64,000 nt of DNA from Candidatus Eiseniibacteriota bacterium (lineage in GTDB: Bacteria > Eisenbacteria > RBG-16-71-46). The translations under genes and the position numbers were made by a program. This document shows positions 30,574 through 40,349 of the stretch, one piece after another (position 1 is the stretch's first letter; each line of letters begins with the position of its first letter). Location of the stretch: assembly GCA_038231135.1 (NCBI GenBank), contig JBBRLX010000007.1, positions 65,475 through 129,474 on the forward strand, written 5' to 3'. The notes under the pieces were generated by a model. The model searched no databases. It was given only the letters and a program-made list of their open reading frames with translations, and was not told where the DNA came from.

Positions 30574-31086
30574 TCAGGCGGCACGAGCGAACCGTGGCAG
30601 CTCGGCGTCGGAGCCCGGATCCGTGGCCTCGCGGGCACCGAGCACCTGCCATTCCGTGGCCGTGGGCGTGGCCACCGCGGCCCGAGCCCTCCCCTCGGCG
30701 TGGCGCGCCTGGATCTGCCAGGTGCCGAGCAGCGCGTGCGCGTCGACGAGCTCGAACGGCGGCGCCGGGGACTCGATCGCGTCGAGTTGCATCAACCGAT
30801 GCTCGATGTCGAGACAGTATTCCGCTTCGCGGCGCGTCTCGGCGCCCGACAGCACGCGCGCCATGAGCTGGTGGGTGCGCACGCGGGCGATCGCCTCGAC
30901 TTCGATCTCGCGGCGATAACGCACCAGCGCCGCCTCGAACATGGCGTCGGCCGCCGCGAACCGGCGCTCGTGGAGCGCGCGCAGTCCGGCGCGATGGAAC
31001 CGCGCCCCGGCGCACAGGACGCCCGCCATGGACAGGAACAGCCGTTCGAGGTCGAGCACGGGGGGTGCTCCTGGGGGTCGGGCCAT
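30574..31086 (-). CDS. Hypothetical protein
   Basis: The ORF is 170 aa from MARPPGAPPVLDLERLF and has very high GC3 in this frame. I see no recognisable motif. The upstream part of track ORF 30574..31377 is probably run-on. Confidence 0.35.
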   Translation of the reverse strand: MARPPGAPPVLDLERLFLSMAGVLCAGARFHRAGLRALHERRFAAADAMFEAALVRYRREIEVEAIARVRTHQLMARVLSGAETRREAEYCLDIEHRLMQLDAIESPAPPFELVDAHALLGTWQIQARHAEGRARAAVATPTATEWQVLGAREATDPGSDAELPRFARAA

Positions 31087-31350
31087 GCGGCCGGGCGGGT
31101 GGCGGCGTGGGTGCCGACCGGTCCGGGCCGCGAGAGGGTGCGCCATGCACAGTGCACATCCGGGGCCACACAGGTCCGGTCCATGACAAGTCCGCAAACC
31201 ATTGCCCCGCTGCCCCTCGGCGCGGGTCATCCGACCCACGGAAACCCAACTCCCAGAACCACCGTGCGCAATCCAACGCGCCTCCCCGTGGAATGCACGA
31301 GGGTCTGAACCCGTGCCAACCCCCGGAGGTAGGTGCCATTCGTCCGGCAG

Positions 31351-31400
31351 TGACGAGCGACGCGGCCAACGCAGCAATCGACGATTTTCAGCGGTCTGCG
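31351..31400. repeat. Copy 1 of a ~50-nt dispersed repeat, overlapping the last 4 codons and the 3' flank of glyA
   Basis: The plus strand reads ga(c)gagcgacgcggccaacgCGCAGCAATCGACGATTTTCAGCGGTCTGCG. The 31-nt core is 28/31 identical to the copy at 42838..42868. The core has CGCAG...CTGCG inverted ends and an ATCG-N-CGAT palindrome. Confidence 0.6.
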
Positions 31401-32629
31401 AACAATGGATAACCGCTGGCGAGTTCCAGCACCTCCTGATCGACCCCTTTCGCCAGCTCGAGGTCGTCCGGACGGTCGAGGATGCGCGCGATCCAGTCCG
31501 CGATCTTCCGCATCTCGTCGATGCCGAACCCGCGCGTGGTGAGCGCCGGCGTGCCGATGCGGATGCCGCTCGTCACCCACGGCTTCTGGGGATCGTTCGG
31601 CACGGCGTTCTTGTTCACGGTGATGCGCGAGCGGTGCAGCGCCTCCTCGGCGACCTTGCCGGTGATGCCGCGGCGCCTGAGATCGACCAGCATCAGGTGA
31701 TTGTCGGTGCCGTCCGACACCAGGTCGAAGCCGCGCTCCATCAGGAAGCCGGCCAGCGCCCGGGCATTGTCGACGACGCGCTGCTGGTAGCCCTTGAACC
31801 CGTCGCCGAGCGCCTCGCCGAAACACACCGCCTTCGCGGCGATGATGTGCATCAGCGGCCCCCCCTGCAGTCCGGGGAACACCGCCTTGTCCAGCTTCTC
31901 CGCCCACTCGGCGCGCGCCATCACCACGCCCCCGCGCGGACCGCGCAGCGTCTTGTGCGTGGTGGTGGTGACGAGGTCCGCGTGCGGCACCGGGCTCGGG
32001 TGGAGTCCCGCGGCGACGAGTCCGGCGATATGCGCCATGTCGACCACCAGCACGGCTCCCACCTCCCGGGCGATCGCCCCGAACCGCTCGAAGTCGATCA
32101 CCCGCGGATACGCGCTGGCGCCGGCGACGATCAGCCGCGGCCGGTGCTCGCGCGCGAGCCGCTCGACCGCGTCGTAGTCGATGCGGCCGTCCTCGGGCCG
32201 CACGCCGTACTGCACCGGCTTCCACAGCTTGCCGGTCACCGACACCGGATGGCCGTGCGTGAGATGCCCGCCGTGGGCGAGGCTCATCCCGAGCAGCGTC
32301 TGGCCCGGCTCCGACGCCGCCAGGTACGCGGCCAGGTTCGCCGACGCGCCCGAGTGCGGCTGCACGTTCGCATGATCGCAGCCGAACAACTGCTTCAGCC
32401 GCTCGATCGCGAGCTCCTCGGCGACATCGACGAACTCGCAGCCGCCGTAGTAGCGCTTGTGCGGCAGGCCTTCGGCATACTTGTTCGTGAGCACCGAGCC
32501 CTGCGCCTCCAGCACCGCGTCGCTCACGAAATTCTCCGACGCGATCAGCTCGAGCGTGGTCCGCTGCCGCTGCTGCTCGGCGGCGATCGCGGCGTAGATC
32601 GCCGGGTCCTGCGTGGCGAGTGCGGACAT
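31388..32629 (-). CDS. glyA: Serine hydroxymethyltransferase
   Basis: The start is taken at [22 protein letters not shown], and the product includes the PLP-binding region ([14 protein letters not shown]). The end of the gene, ...[10 protein letters not shown], was verified against the sequence. Confidence 0.9.
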   Translation of the reverse strand: MSALATQDPAIYAAIAAEQQRQRTTLELIASENFVSDAVLEAQGSVLTNKYAEGLPHKRYYGGCEFVDVAEELAIERLKQLFGCDHANVQPHSGASANLAAYLAASEPGQTLLGMSLAHGGHLTHGHPVSVTGKLWKPVQYGVRPEDGRIDYDAVERLAREHRPRLIVAGASAYPRVIDFERFGAIAREVGAVLVVDMAHIAGLVAAGLHPSPVPHADLVTTTTHKTLRGPRGGVVMARAEWAEKLDKAVFPGLQGGPLMHIIAAKAVCFGEALGDGFKGYQQRVVDNARALAGFLMERGFDLVSDGTDNHLMLVDLRRRGITGKVAEEALHRSRITVNKNAVPNDPQKPWVTSGIRIGTPALTTRGFGIDEMRKIADWIARILDRPDDLELAKGVDQEVLELASGYPLFADR

Positions 32630-32642
32630 GGTCTCCTTCACG

Positions 32643-33104
32643 TCATGGCCGGGCGTCATGCGCGGCCTCGTAGTCGTGGATCTTGCGCAGGCGCGCCACG
32701 TGCCGGCCGCCCTCGAACGGGGTGTCGAGCCAGATGCGCAGCCAGCGCGCACACGCCTCGTGATCGGGATTCGTGCGGCCGCCGAGCGCCAGCACGTTGG
32801 AGTCGTTGTGCAGCCGGGTGAGACGCGCGGTGTCGTCGCTCGTCACCACCGACGCGCGGATGCCCGCCACCTTGTTCGCCACGATGCTCTCGCCGATACC
32901 GCTGCCGCCGAGCACGATGCCGCGGTCGGCATCGCCGCGGCTCACCATCTCGGCGACCGGAAAGCAGAAATCGGGATAGTCGACGGGCGGCGCCGCGGCC
33001 ATCGTGCCGAAGTCCGTCACCTCGTGGCCGAGCCGCTCGAGTTCGAGTTTGAGCCGCTCCTTGAGCGCGAACCCGGCGTGGTCGCCGCCGATCGCCACCT
33101 TCAT
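32643..33104 (-). CDS. rpiB: Ribose-5-phosphate isomerase B (RpiB/LacAB family)
   Basis: The product starts [16 protein letters not shown] and contains [17 protein letters not shown] and VLALGGR, matching RpiB. Confidence 0.85.
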   Translation of the reverse strand: MKVAIGGDHAGFALKERLKLELERLGHEVTDFGTMAAAPPVDYPDFCFPVAEMVSRGDADRGIVLGGSGIGESIVANKVAGIRASVVTSDDTARLTRLHNDSNVLALGGRTNPDHEACARWLRIWLDTPFEGGRHVARLRKIHDYEAAHDARP

Positions 33105-33111
33105 GCGCGGG

Positions 33112-34077
33112 TCAGGCGCCGCGCGGCGCGGCCGCGACGGGCGTGCCGGACTTCTGCGGCACCCGGGCGAGCCAGCCGTGACGATCCGCGATGTCGCCGC
33201 GCACGATGCCGAAGAATGCCTCCTGCAGCACCTTCGTCACCGGCCCGCGCTTGCCGTCGCCGACGGTCAGCCGGTCGACGGACGTGATCGGCGACACCTC
33301 GACCGCGGTCCCGGCGTAGAACAGCTCCTCGGCGGCGTACAGCAGTTCACGCGGCATCGGTTCCTCGCGCACCGTGTAGCCGAGCTCGCGGGCGATGCGG
33401 ATCACCGAGTCGCGGGTGATGCCGGCGAGGATGCTGTTGTGCAGCGGGGGCGTCATCAGCTCGCCCTTCACCACCGCGAACACGTTCTGGCCGCTGCCCT
33501 CGCTCACGTAGCCCGTGACGTCGAGCGCGATCGCCTCCTCGTAGCCGTCGAGCTTCGCCTCCATCTTCATGAGCTGGGAGTTCATGTAGTTGGCCGACGA
33601 CTTGGCCATCGCGGGCAGCGTGTTCGGCGCCATGCGCTGCCACGTGCTGACCTTGACCGCCACGCCGTTCGTGAGCGCGTCGTCGCCCAGGTACTTGCCC
33701 CACGGGAACGCCGCCACTGCGACCTCGACCGGACTGCCGAACGGATTCACGCCGAGGTTCTCGTAGCCGCGATAGATCAGCGGCCGGATGTAGCACTCGC
33801 TGAGCCCGTTCACCGCCACCACCTCGAGGCACGCGTCGCGGATCTGTTCGCGCGTGAACTTCGCCTCCATGCGGTAGATGCGGGCCGACAGCATCAGCCG
33901 GTCCATGTGCTCCTCGAGCCGGAAGATCGCGGGGCCGCCCCTGGTGTTGTAGCAGCGGATGCCCTCGAACACGCTCGACGCGTAGTGCACCACGTGCGAC
34001 AGGATGTGGATCTTGGCGTCGTCCCACGCCACCCACGTCCCGTTCATCCAGATCTTGCCGGCCTTCTGCAATGCCAT
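33112..34077 (-). CDS. ilvE: Branched-chain amino acid aminotransferase (class IV)
   Basis: The product contains WMNGTWVAWDDAKIHILSHVVHYASSVFEGIRCY ... EGSGQNVF ... GITRDSVI, matching IlvE. Confidence 0.85.
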   Translation of the reverse strand: MALQKAGKIWMNGTWVAWDDAKIHILSHVVHYASSVFEGIRCYNTRGGPAIFRLEEHMDRLMLSARIYRMEAKFTREQIRDACLEVVAVNGLSECYIRPLIYRGYENLGVNPFGSPVEVAVAAFPWGKYLGDDALTNGVAVKVSTWQRMAPNTLPAMAKSSANYMNSQLMKMEAKLDGYEEAIALDVTGYVSEGSGQNVFAVVKGELMTPPLHNSILAGITRDSVIRIARELGYTVREEPMPRELLYAAEELFYAGTAVEVSPITSVDRLTVGDGKRGPVTKVLQEAFFGIVRGDIADRHGWLARVPQKSGTPVAAAPRGA

Positions 34078-34103
34078 GGTTCACCTCGCCTGTGGTGGGT
34101 GGA

Positions 34104-34586
34104 TCACATCGACTGGCTGCGCAGCGCCTCGACGAGGTGCGGCGCGACGCGCCGTACGTGGTGGCGGATCCGTCGCCAGGCTTCCTCGTACGCTTCCTGC
34201 GATCCACCGAACGGGTCCGACACTTGGAGCTCCGGTGCGCCGGGCGCGGGCCACTCGCTCAGCAGGTGGCTCCGCCCGGGCGCGGCACCCAGTGCGCGCA
34301 CGGCCGTAAGATGCGCCGGCTCCATCACCAGCACCACGTCCGCCGCCCGCACCAGCTCGGGCGTGAGCTGCCGCGAACGATGCTCACTAAGATCGATGCC
34401 GTGCGCGGCCGCGACCGCCACCGACGGCGGCGAGGCCGGGTCGCCGGTGCGCGCGCCGGTGCCGGCCGAACGCACCTCGAACCGGGACACGTCCGGACCC
34501 AAAGCGTCGAGCAGCGCCGCCACCGCCAGCGGGCTCCGGCAGGTGTTTCCGGTGCAGACGAACAGGACACGCCATTTCGGTTCCAT
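34104..34586 (-). CDS. Low-molecular-weight protein tyrosine phosphatase (or arsenate-reductase-like)
   Basis: The product has the CX5R P-loop CTGNTCRSP near the N-terminus (MEPKWRVLFVCTGNTCRSP) and a DPF motif. The ATG at 34586 was verified. The upstream 319 aa of track ORF 34104..35543 is run-on. Confidence 0.8.
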   Translation of the reverse strand: MEPKWRVLFVCTGNTCRSPLAVAALLDALGPDVSRFEVRSAGTGARTGDPASPPSVAVAAAHGIDLSEHRSRQLTPELVRAADVVLVMEPAHLTAVRALGAAPGRSHLLSEWPAPGAPELQVSDPFGGSQEAYEEAWRRIRHHVRRVAPHLVEALRSQSM

Positions 34587-34618
34587 GGAATCAGGATAGG
34601 GAGCGCCGCCGAAACCCG

Positions 34619-35278
34619 TCAACCGGTGCGCTCCGCCGTCAGATCCTCGTAGTCGCCGAGCTCGGCGGTGACGTCGACCGCGCCGCGGCGCAGCAGCCGC
34701 GGGCGCGCGTCGCTGACGTCGACCAGTGTCGACGCCAGTCCGCCCGGGCGGGGCCCGCCGTCGAGCACCAGATCGATCTGGTTGCCGAAGATGCGCACCA
34801 CGTCCTCCGCCGTCTCCGCCGGCGGCTGGCCCGACAGGTTGGCACTGCTCGACACCACGGGCCCTCCGATCACTCCGAGCAGCCGCTGGCACAGGTCGTC
34901 CGCCGGGCAGCGCAACGCCACCGTGCCCCCGGCGCCACGAACCTTGATCGGCACGATCGGCGCCGCCCGAAGGATCAGCGACAGCGGTCCCGGCCAGAAC
35001 CGCGACACGAGCCGTGACGCCACCGCGTTCACCTCGCTCGCCAGGCCGTGCACCTGCCGCGGCTCGGGAATCAGCGAGATCACGGCGAGCGACGGATCGC
35101 GGCGCTTGATGCGCGCGACCATCAGGACCGCCTCGACGTCGAACAGCGAACACCCGAGCCCGTACAGCGTGTCCGTCGGGAACGCGATCACGCCGCCCCG
35201 CAGCACCACCTCCGCCGCGGCGCGCAGCACGCGACCATCGGGTTGATCGGCATTCCAGCGCAGCAGCTCCACCGTCAT
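34619..35278 (-). CDS. tsaC: L-threonylcarbamoyladenylate synthase (TsaC/YrdC family)
   Basis: The product contains GGVIAFPTDTLYGLGC ... SSSANLSGQPP, matching the YrdC fold. The ATG at 35278 was verified and overlaps the purE stop (ATGA). Confidence 0.8.
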   Translation of the reverse strand: MTVELLRWNADQPDGRVLRAAAEVVLRGGVIAFPTDTLYGLGCSLFDVEAVLMVARIKRRDPSLAVISLIPEPRQVHGLASEVNAVASRLVSRFWPGPLSLILRAAPIVPIKVRGAGGTVALRCPADDLCQRLLGVIGGPVVSSSANLSGQPPAETAEDVVRIFGNQIDLVLDGGPRPGGLASTLVDVSDARPRLLRRGAVDVTAELGDYEDLTAERTG

Positions 35279-35754
35279 CTCCTCCCGGCGAGCCGCGCGC
35301 GATGGCGCTCGAGCCGGTTCGCCAGCGCCGCGTCCGACAGCGCCAGCACGCGCAGCGCGAGATGCGCGGCGTTGCGCGCGCCCCACGCGCCGATTCCCAG
35401 CGTGCCCACCGGCACTCCCGGTGGCATCTGGACGGTCGCCAGCAGCGCATCCATGCCGAGCAGCGGCGAGCTCGCGAGCGGCACGCCGAACACCGGCAGC
35501 GCGCTGTGGGCCGCCATGGCGCCGGCCAGATGCGCCGCGCCACCCGCGCCGGCGATGATCACGCGCAGCCCGCGCCGCTGCGCGCCGCGCGCCCAGCGCG
35601 CCGCCGCGTCGGGCGCGCGATGCGCGGAGCGCACCGCGATCTCGCTCGCCACACCGAATTCCGTCAGCACCTTCGCCGCCTCCTCCATCACCGCGCGGTC
35701 GGACTCGCTGCCCATCACGATCCCCACCCGCGCACCCGATTTCGCCGTCGCCAT
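35275..35754 (-). CDS. purE: N5-carboxyaminoimidazole ribonucleotide mutase
   Basis: The product contains VGIVMGSESD ... VIIAGAGGAAHLAGMAA, matching PurE. The start is taken at MATAKSGARVGIV. Confidence 0.85.
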   Translation of the reverse strand: MATAKSGARVGIVMGSESDRAVMEEAAKVLTEFGVASEIAVRSAHRAPDAAARWARGAQRRGLRVIIAGAGGAAHLAGAMAAHSALPVFGVPLASSPLLGMDALLATVQMPPGVPVGTLGIGAWGARNAAHLALRVLALSDAALANRLERHRARLAGRR

Positions 35755-35768
35755 CGACACTCCCCGGT

Positions 35769-37118
35769 TCAGCTCCGCGCCACATCCGTGGCGAGCGCTC
35801 CCGGCGGGGGCCCGCCGACCGCCGCGGCACGGCCGATGTCGCCGCGACAGCGCCACCCACGACCACCGAGCCGCGCCACCGCGCCATACGCCCGCTCGCG
35901 CGCCTCCGCCACCGAGTCGCCCACCGCGGTCACGAACGCCGCCCGGCCGCCCCGCAACAACCAGCGGTCCGCGGGCACCCCCGGCAACGCCGCAGCTCCG
36001 CGAACGATGCCGGCGCCCTGCACCGAGATTCCCCCCTGTTCATTGGACGCCGCTTCGAGCCGATCGATCCAGCTGCGGGACGCCGCGGCGCCGGGATGGG
36101 CTTCGGCAACGAGCGCAACCGACACCGCCGCACCCGGGCGGCGTCCGGCGCCCTCGAGGTCGAGCTCGCCCCGGGCGGCACCGGCCAGCAGCTCGGCGAA
36201 GTTGCCGGCGACGAGCGGCAGGATCGCCTGGGTCTCCGGATCGCCGAACCGCGCATTGAACTCCACGACCCTGACGCCGGCCCTGCCGATCATCAGTCCG
36301 CAATAGAGTGTCCCACGATACGGGGTGCCGCGCGCGGCCATCTCGCGCAACAGCGGGGCCACGATGCGTTGCGAGACCTCGCGCTCGATGCCGGCGTCCA
36401 CGGCGGACGCCGGCGCCACGGCTCCCATCCCGCCCGTGTTGGGACCGCGGTCGCCGTCGAACGCGCGCTTGTAGTCCCGCGCCGCCGGCAGCAGCACATG
36501 GCGTTCGCCGTCGCACACCGCCATCACCGAGGCCTCCTCGCCGTCGAGGAACTGCTCGATCACGACGCGGTTGCCGCCGTCGCCGGCAGGACCGCCCAGG
36601 CAGTCGGCGGCGAACGCGCGGGCCGCCGCGCCGTCGGCGGTGACCACCACGCCCTTGCCGCCCGCGAGACCATCGGCCTTCACCACATAAGGGGGCCCGA
36701 ACCGGTCCAGCGCCCGCTCCGCCCGGGCGGTGGTATCGCAGACCTCGGCATCCGCGGTCGCGATGCCGGCCGCCCGCATCACGTCCTTGGCGAACGCCTT
36801 GCTGGATTCGAGCCGCGCGGCGGCGCGGACGGGGCCGTACACCGTCTGGCCGAGCGCCCGCAGCGTGTCCACCAGCCCGGCGGCAAGCGGCGCCTCGGGT
36901 CCCACGACGACCAGATCGGCGCGCTGCCGGGCGGCGAGCGCCGCCCAGCCGGCGGGTCCGGCCCCATCCTGCGCGTCGGGCTTGGGAATCCAGTGCTCCC
37001 GCGCCATGAACTCGTTGCCCGGCGCCACCGCCACGCGCCAGCCGGGATCGAGCGCGAGCCGCGACGCCAGCGCGTGCTCCCGCCCGCCCGTGCCCAGCAC
37101 CAGCACGAGCGGCGTCAC
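35769..37118 (-). CDS. purD: Phosphoribosylamine--glycine ligase
   Basis: The product contains VLVLGTGGREHALA and an ATP-grasp domain, and matches PurD along its length (449 aa). The GTG start at 37118 overlaps the gatB TGA stop (GTGA). The N-terminal 319 aa of the track ORF is run-on. Confidence 0.85.
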   Translation of the reverse strand: MTPLVLVLGTGGREHALASRLALDPGWRVAVAPGNEFMAREHWIPKPDAQDGAGPAGWAALAARQRADLVVVGPEAPLAAGLVDTLRALGQTVYGPVRAAARLESSKAFAKDVMRAAGIATADAEVCDTTARAERALDRFGPPYVVKADGLAGGKGVVVTADGAAARAFAADCLGGPAGDGGNRVVIEQFLDGEEASVMAVCDGERHVLLPAARDYKRAFDGDRGPNTGGMGAVAPASAVDAGIEREVSQRIVAPLLREMAARGTPYRGTLYCGLMIGRAGVRVVEFNARFGDPETQAILPLVAGNFAELLAGAARGELDLEGAGRRPGAAVSVALVAEAHPGAAASRSWIDRLEAASNEQGGISVQGAGIVRGAAALPGVPADRWLLRGGRAAFVTAVGDSVAEARERAYGAVARLGGRGWRCRGDIGRAAAVGGPPPGALATDVARS

Positions 37119-38575
37119 CGGCGCTCCCCCGCGGCGAGCAGCTCGAGCGCCGCGCGCAACAGTTCCTGCACCGTCTGCGGCACCGCCTGCCCTCCGCTCT
37201 TCTTCATCACCTGCCCGACGAGGAACCCGAGCGTCGCGGTCTTGCCGGCGAGGTACTGCTGCACCGGACCCGGATGCTCGGCGATCACCTCGCGCACCAG
37301 CGGCTCGAGCGCTCCCGCCGACGACTGCACCTGGACGCCATGGCGACGGAGCAGCTCCGGCACGTCGCCGTCCTCGTCCGCCATCCACGCGAACGCCTGC
37401 TTCGCGAGCGGCCCCGGCAGCTCGCGCGACGCGATCCGGTCGAGGAACCCGGCGAGCCGCGCCGGCGGCACCCGGGCGACCCAGGTTTCGAGCGGCCACG
37501 CGCGCTCCTTCAGCACGCGCAGCACCTCGGTCATGATCCAGTTGCTCGCGAGCTTGGGTTCGCGCACCGCGCTCGCCTCGAAATAGTCGGCCAGCTCGCG
37601 GTGTTCGCGCAGCACGCCCGCATCGTACGCCGGCAGTCCGTACTGCTCGATCAGCCGCCGCTCGCGCACCCACGGCAGCTCCGGCAGCCGCGCCCCTGCC
37701 TCCGCGATCCACGCGGGGTCCACGACCAGCACCGGCAGGTCGGGCTCGGGAAAATAGCGGTAGTCGTGGGCGTGTTCCTTCGACCGCATCACCTGGAGTC
37801 GATCCTGGTCGGCGTCGTAGAGCAGCGTCGCCTGTTCGACGCGCTCGCCGCGCTCGAGCACGCCGCGCTGACGCTCGATCTCGGCCGCGATGCCCTTCTC
37901 GACGCCTTTGATCGAGTTCAGGTTCTTGAGTTCCGTCTTGGTGCCGAACGGGGTCGTGCCCGCGAGCCGCAGGCTGACGTTCGCATCGCAGCGCAGCTGG
38001 CCCTTCTCCATGTCGCCATCCGAGATGCCGAGCCAGCGCACCAGCCGCCGCAGCTCGCCGAGGAACGCTCCGCACTCGGCGGGCCCCCTGAACACGGGCT
38101 GGGTCACGAGCTCGAGCAGCGGCACGCCGGCGCGATTGAAATCGACCCGCGACACCCGCCGATCACCGTGACGCTCGGGATGGAACGACTTGCCGGTGTC
38201 CTCCTCGATGTGAATGCGCGTGAGCGCGAACGCCCGGGCCTCGCCGTCCACCACCACCGGCAGCGCGCCCCCCTCGCACAGCGGCAGGTCGTACTGGCTG
38301 ATCTGATAGTTCTTCGGCATGTCGGGATAGAAGTAGTTCTTGCGCGCGAACACGCTGTGCCCGCGAATCTCGGAGCCCAGCGCCAGCCCCAGCCGCAGCA
38401 CGCCGTCGATCGCCGCCCGATTCGCCCGCGGCAGCGCGCCCGGCAGTCCCAGGCACACGGGACAGGTGTTCGCATTCGGCTCCGCCCCGAACTCGGCCGG
38501 GCACCCGCAGAACATCTTCGTCACCGTCCGCAGCTGGATGTGGCACTCGAGGCCGATTACCGCTTCGTAGGCCAT
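37115..38575 (-). CDS. gatB: Asp-tRNA(Asn)/Glu-tRNA(Gln) amidotransferase subunit B
   Basis: The product starts MAYEAVIGLECHIQL and contains CPVCLGLPGALP and the GatB/YqeY C-terminal domain. The ATG at 38575 was verified in the sequence. The N-terminal ~224 aa of the track ORF is run-on. Confidence 0.9.
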   Translation of the reverse strand: MAYEAVIGLECHIQLRTVTKMFCGCPAEFGAEPNANTCPVCLGLPGALPRANRAAIDGVLRLGLALGSEIRGHSVFARKNYFYPDMPKNYQISQYDLPLCEGGALPVVVDGEARAFALTRIHIEEDTGKSFHPERHGDRRVSRVDFNRAGVPLLELVTQPVFRGPAECGAFLGELRRLVRWLGISDGDMEKGQLRCDANVSLRLAGTTPFGTKTELKNLNSIKGVEKGIAAEIERQRGVLERGERVEQATLLYDADQDRLQVMRSKEHAHDYRYFPEPDLPVLVVDPAWIAEAGARLPELPWVRERRLIEQYGLPAYDAGVLREHRELADYFEASAVREPKLASNWIMTEVLRVLKERAWPLETWVARVPPARLAGFLDRIASRELPGPLAKQAFAWMADEDGDVPELLRRHGVQVQSSAGALEPLVREVIAEHPGPVQQYLAGKTATLGFLVGQVMKKSGGQAVPQTVQELLRAALELLAAGERR

Positions 38576-40059
38576 GCGAACTCCGTCTCGTGGTCGCGGC
38601 CGAGCCGCGTGAGGTCGCCGCGCACCTCGAGCGCGCGGCCGGCGCGCAGCAGCACCGGCTCCGAGTCCATGGGCCCGAGCAGCTGCACCGCGCGCGGCAG
38701 GCCGTTCGCCGCCGGATCGAGCGGCACCGACAGGCCCGGGATGCCGGCGAGGTTCGCGCCGATGGTGAACACGTCGCTCAGGTACATCGCGAGCGGATCG
38801 GCGGTCTTCTCGCCGAGCCGGAACGGCAGCGTCGGCGACGCCGGCATCAGCATCAGGTCGCAGCGGCCGAACGCCTCGTCGTATTCGTGGCGGATGCGCG
38901 TGCGGGCGCGCTGCGCGGTGAGGTAGTAGGCGTCGTAGTAGCCCGCCGACAGCGCGTAGGTGCCGAGCAGGATCCGCCGCTGCACCTCGGGGCCGAAGCC
39001 CGCGCTGCGCGTGCGCGTGTAGAGCGCGAGCACGTCGGGCGCATCGGCATGCCGGAACCCGTAGCGCACGCCGTCGAACCGGGCGAGGTTCGAGCTGGCC
39101 TCCGCGGTGGCCACCAGATAGTACGTGGCGACGGCGTACTCGCCCGGCAGGAACTCGAGCGGCACCCGCACCCCGCCCGCGCGCTCCAGCGCGGCCGCCG
39201 CCTGATCGAGTCCTGCCACCACTTCGGGGTCGCAGCCGGCCTGCCACAGATTGGCGGGCCAGCCGAACCGGAGCCCGCGCACGCCCTGGTCCCAGCCGCC
39301 GACGTCGGGAGCCGGCGACCGCCGCGTCGTGGCGTCGAACGGATCGGGCCCGGCGAGGGCGGCATAGGTGAGCGCGACGTCGCCGGCGTGGCGCGCGAAG
39401 ATGCCGACCTGGTCGAGCGACGAGCCGAACGCCACGAGTCCGTAGCGCGACAGCCGCCCGTAGGTCGGCTTGAGGCCGAACACGCCGCAGAACGCCGCCG
39501 GCTGGCGCACCGAGCCGCCGGTGTCCGATCCGAGCCCGATCGGCGCGAGGCCGTACGCCACGCCCGCCGCGGGTCCGCCGCTCGAGCCGCCGGGCACGCG
39601 CGTCAGGTCGAACGGGTTCCGGGTCGGGCCGTAGCAGCTGAATTCCGTGGACGAGCCCATCGCGAACTCGTCCATGTTCGCCTTGCCCGTGACCACGGCG
39701 CCCGCCGCGCGCAGCCGGGTGATCACGGTGGCGTCATAGGGCGAGCGCCACCCCGCGAGGATCCGCGACCCGCACGTGGTGGGATAGTCGGTCGTGCACA
39801 GGTTGTCCTTGACGAGCACCGGCACGCCGGCCAGTGGTCCGTTCGGGACCGCGCGCGCCGCGGCCGCCGCGCCCGCGCGGCGCGCCGCGGGATCGGCGTG
39901 CACCACCGCGTGCACGTCCGCCTCCCACGCGGCCGCCGGCTCCTGCCACCCCGCTTCGACCGCGGCGGCGGGGCTCGTCCCCGCGCGCACCCGCGCCGCG
40001 AGCGCTGCGGCCGACAGCCGCCACAGCGGCACGCCATTGCCGGAGTCCGTTCGCGTCAT
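38557..40059 (-). CDS. gatA: Glutamyl-tRNA(Gln) amidotransferase subunit A (amidase signature family)
   Basis: The product has the amidase signature GGSSGGPAAGVAYGLAPIGLGSDTGGSVRQPA and matches GatA along its length (500 aa). Confidence 0.9.
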   Translation of the reverse strand: MTRTDSGNGVPLWRLSAAALAARVRAGTSPAAAVEAGWQEPAAAWEADVHAVVHADPAARRAGAAAAARAVPNGPLAGVPVLVKDNLCTTDYPTTCGSRILAGWRSPYDATVITRLRAAGAVVTGKANMDEFAMGSSTEFSCYGPTRNPFDLTRVPGGSSGGPAAGVAYGLAPIGLGSDTGGSVRQPAAFCGVFGLKPTYGRLSRYGLVAFGSSLDQVGIFARHAGDVALTYAALAGPDPFDATTRRSPAPDVGGWDQGVRGLRFGWPANLWQAGCDPEVVAGLDQAAAALERAGGVRVPLEFLPGEYAVATYYLVATAEASSNLARFDGVRYGFRHADAPDVLALYTRTRSAGFGPEVQRRILLGTYALSAGYYDAYYLTAQRARTRIRHEYDEAFGRCDLMLMPASPTLPFRLGEKTADPLAMYLSDVFTIGANLAGIPGLSVPLDPAANGLPRAVQLLGPMDSEPVLLRAGRALEVRGDLTRLGRDHETEFAWPTKR

Positions 40060-40349
40060 GGAGTCACGTTCTCGACGATCGGCGGCACGAGGAAGAACGG
40101 CCCGTCGGTCTCGGGCGCCCCCGCCAGCGCGGCGTCGGCGCCAAGCACCCGGCCGTCGGGAGCGTCGTCGCGCAGCGGCGCGTCGGCCGGCGCGAACACC
40201 ATCGGATCGCAGCCCGTGAGATCCAGCCGCTCGAGCGCCGCCACGAACTCGAGCACGCTCGACAGCTCCGCCGCCATGCGTGCGATGCCCGCCTCCGGCA
40301 GCTCGAGCCGGGCGAGCGTGGCGATGCGACGCACTTCGTCACGATCCAA
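40056..40349 (-). CDS. gatC: Glutamyl-tRNA(Gln) amidotransferase subunit C
   Basis: The product is 97 aa and contains RIATLARLELPEAGIARMAAELSSVLEFV. It sits in a gatC-gatA-gatB order with a 4-nt overlap into gatA. Confidence 0.85.
   Translation of the reverse strand: MDRDEVRRIATLARLELPEAGIARMAAELSSVLEFVAALERLDLTGCDPMVFAPADAPLRDDAPDGRVLGADAALAGAPETDGPFFLVPPIVENVTP

Noticed and set aside
30524-31377. Overlapping 281-aa and 267-aa minus-strand ORFs upstream of moxR
   Set aside because: Only the last ~170 codons of the 30574..31377 frame have coding-like GC3 and a plausible ATG. The 30524..31369 frame is a shadow. The lower-GC 31087..31387 stretch has no convincing ORF.
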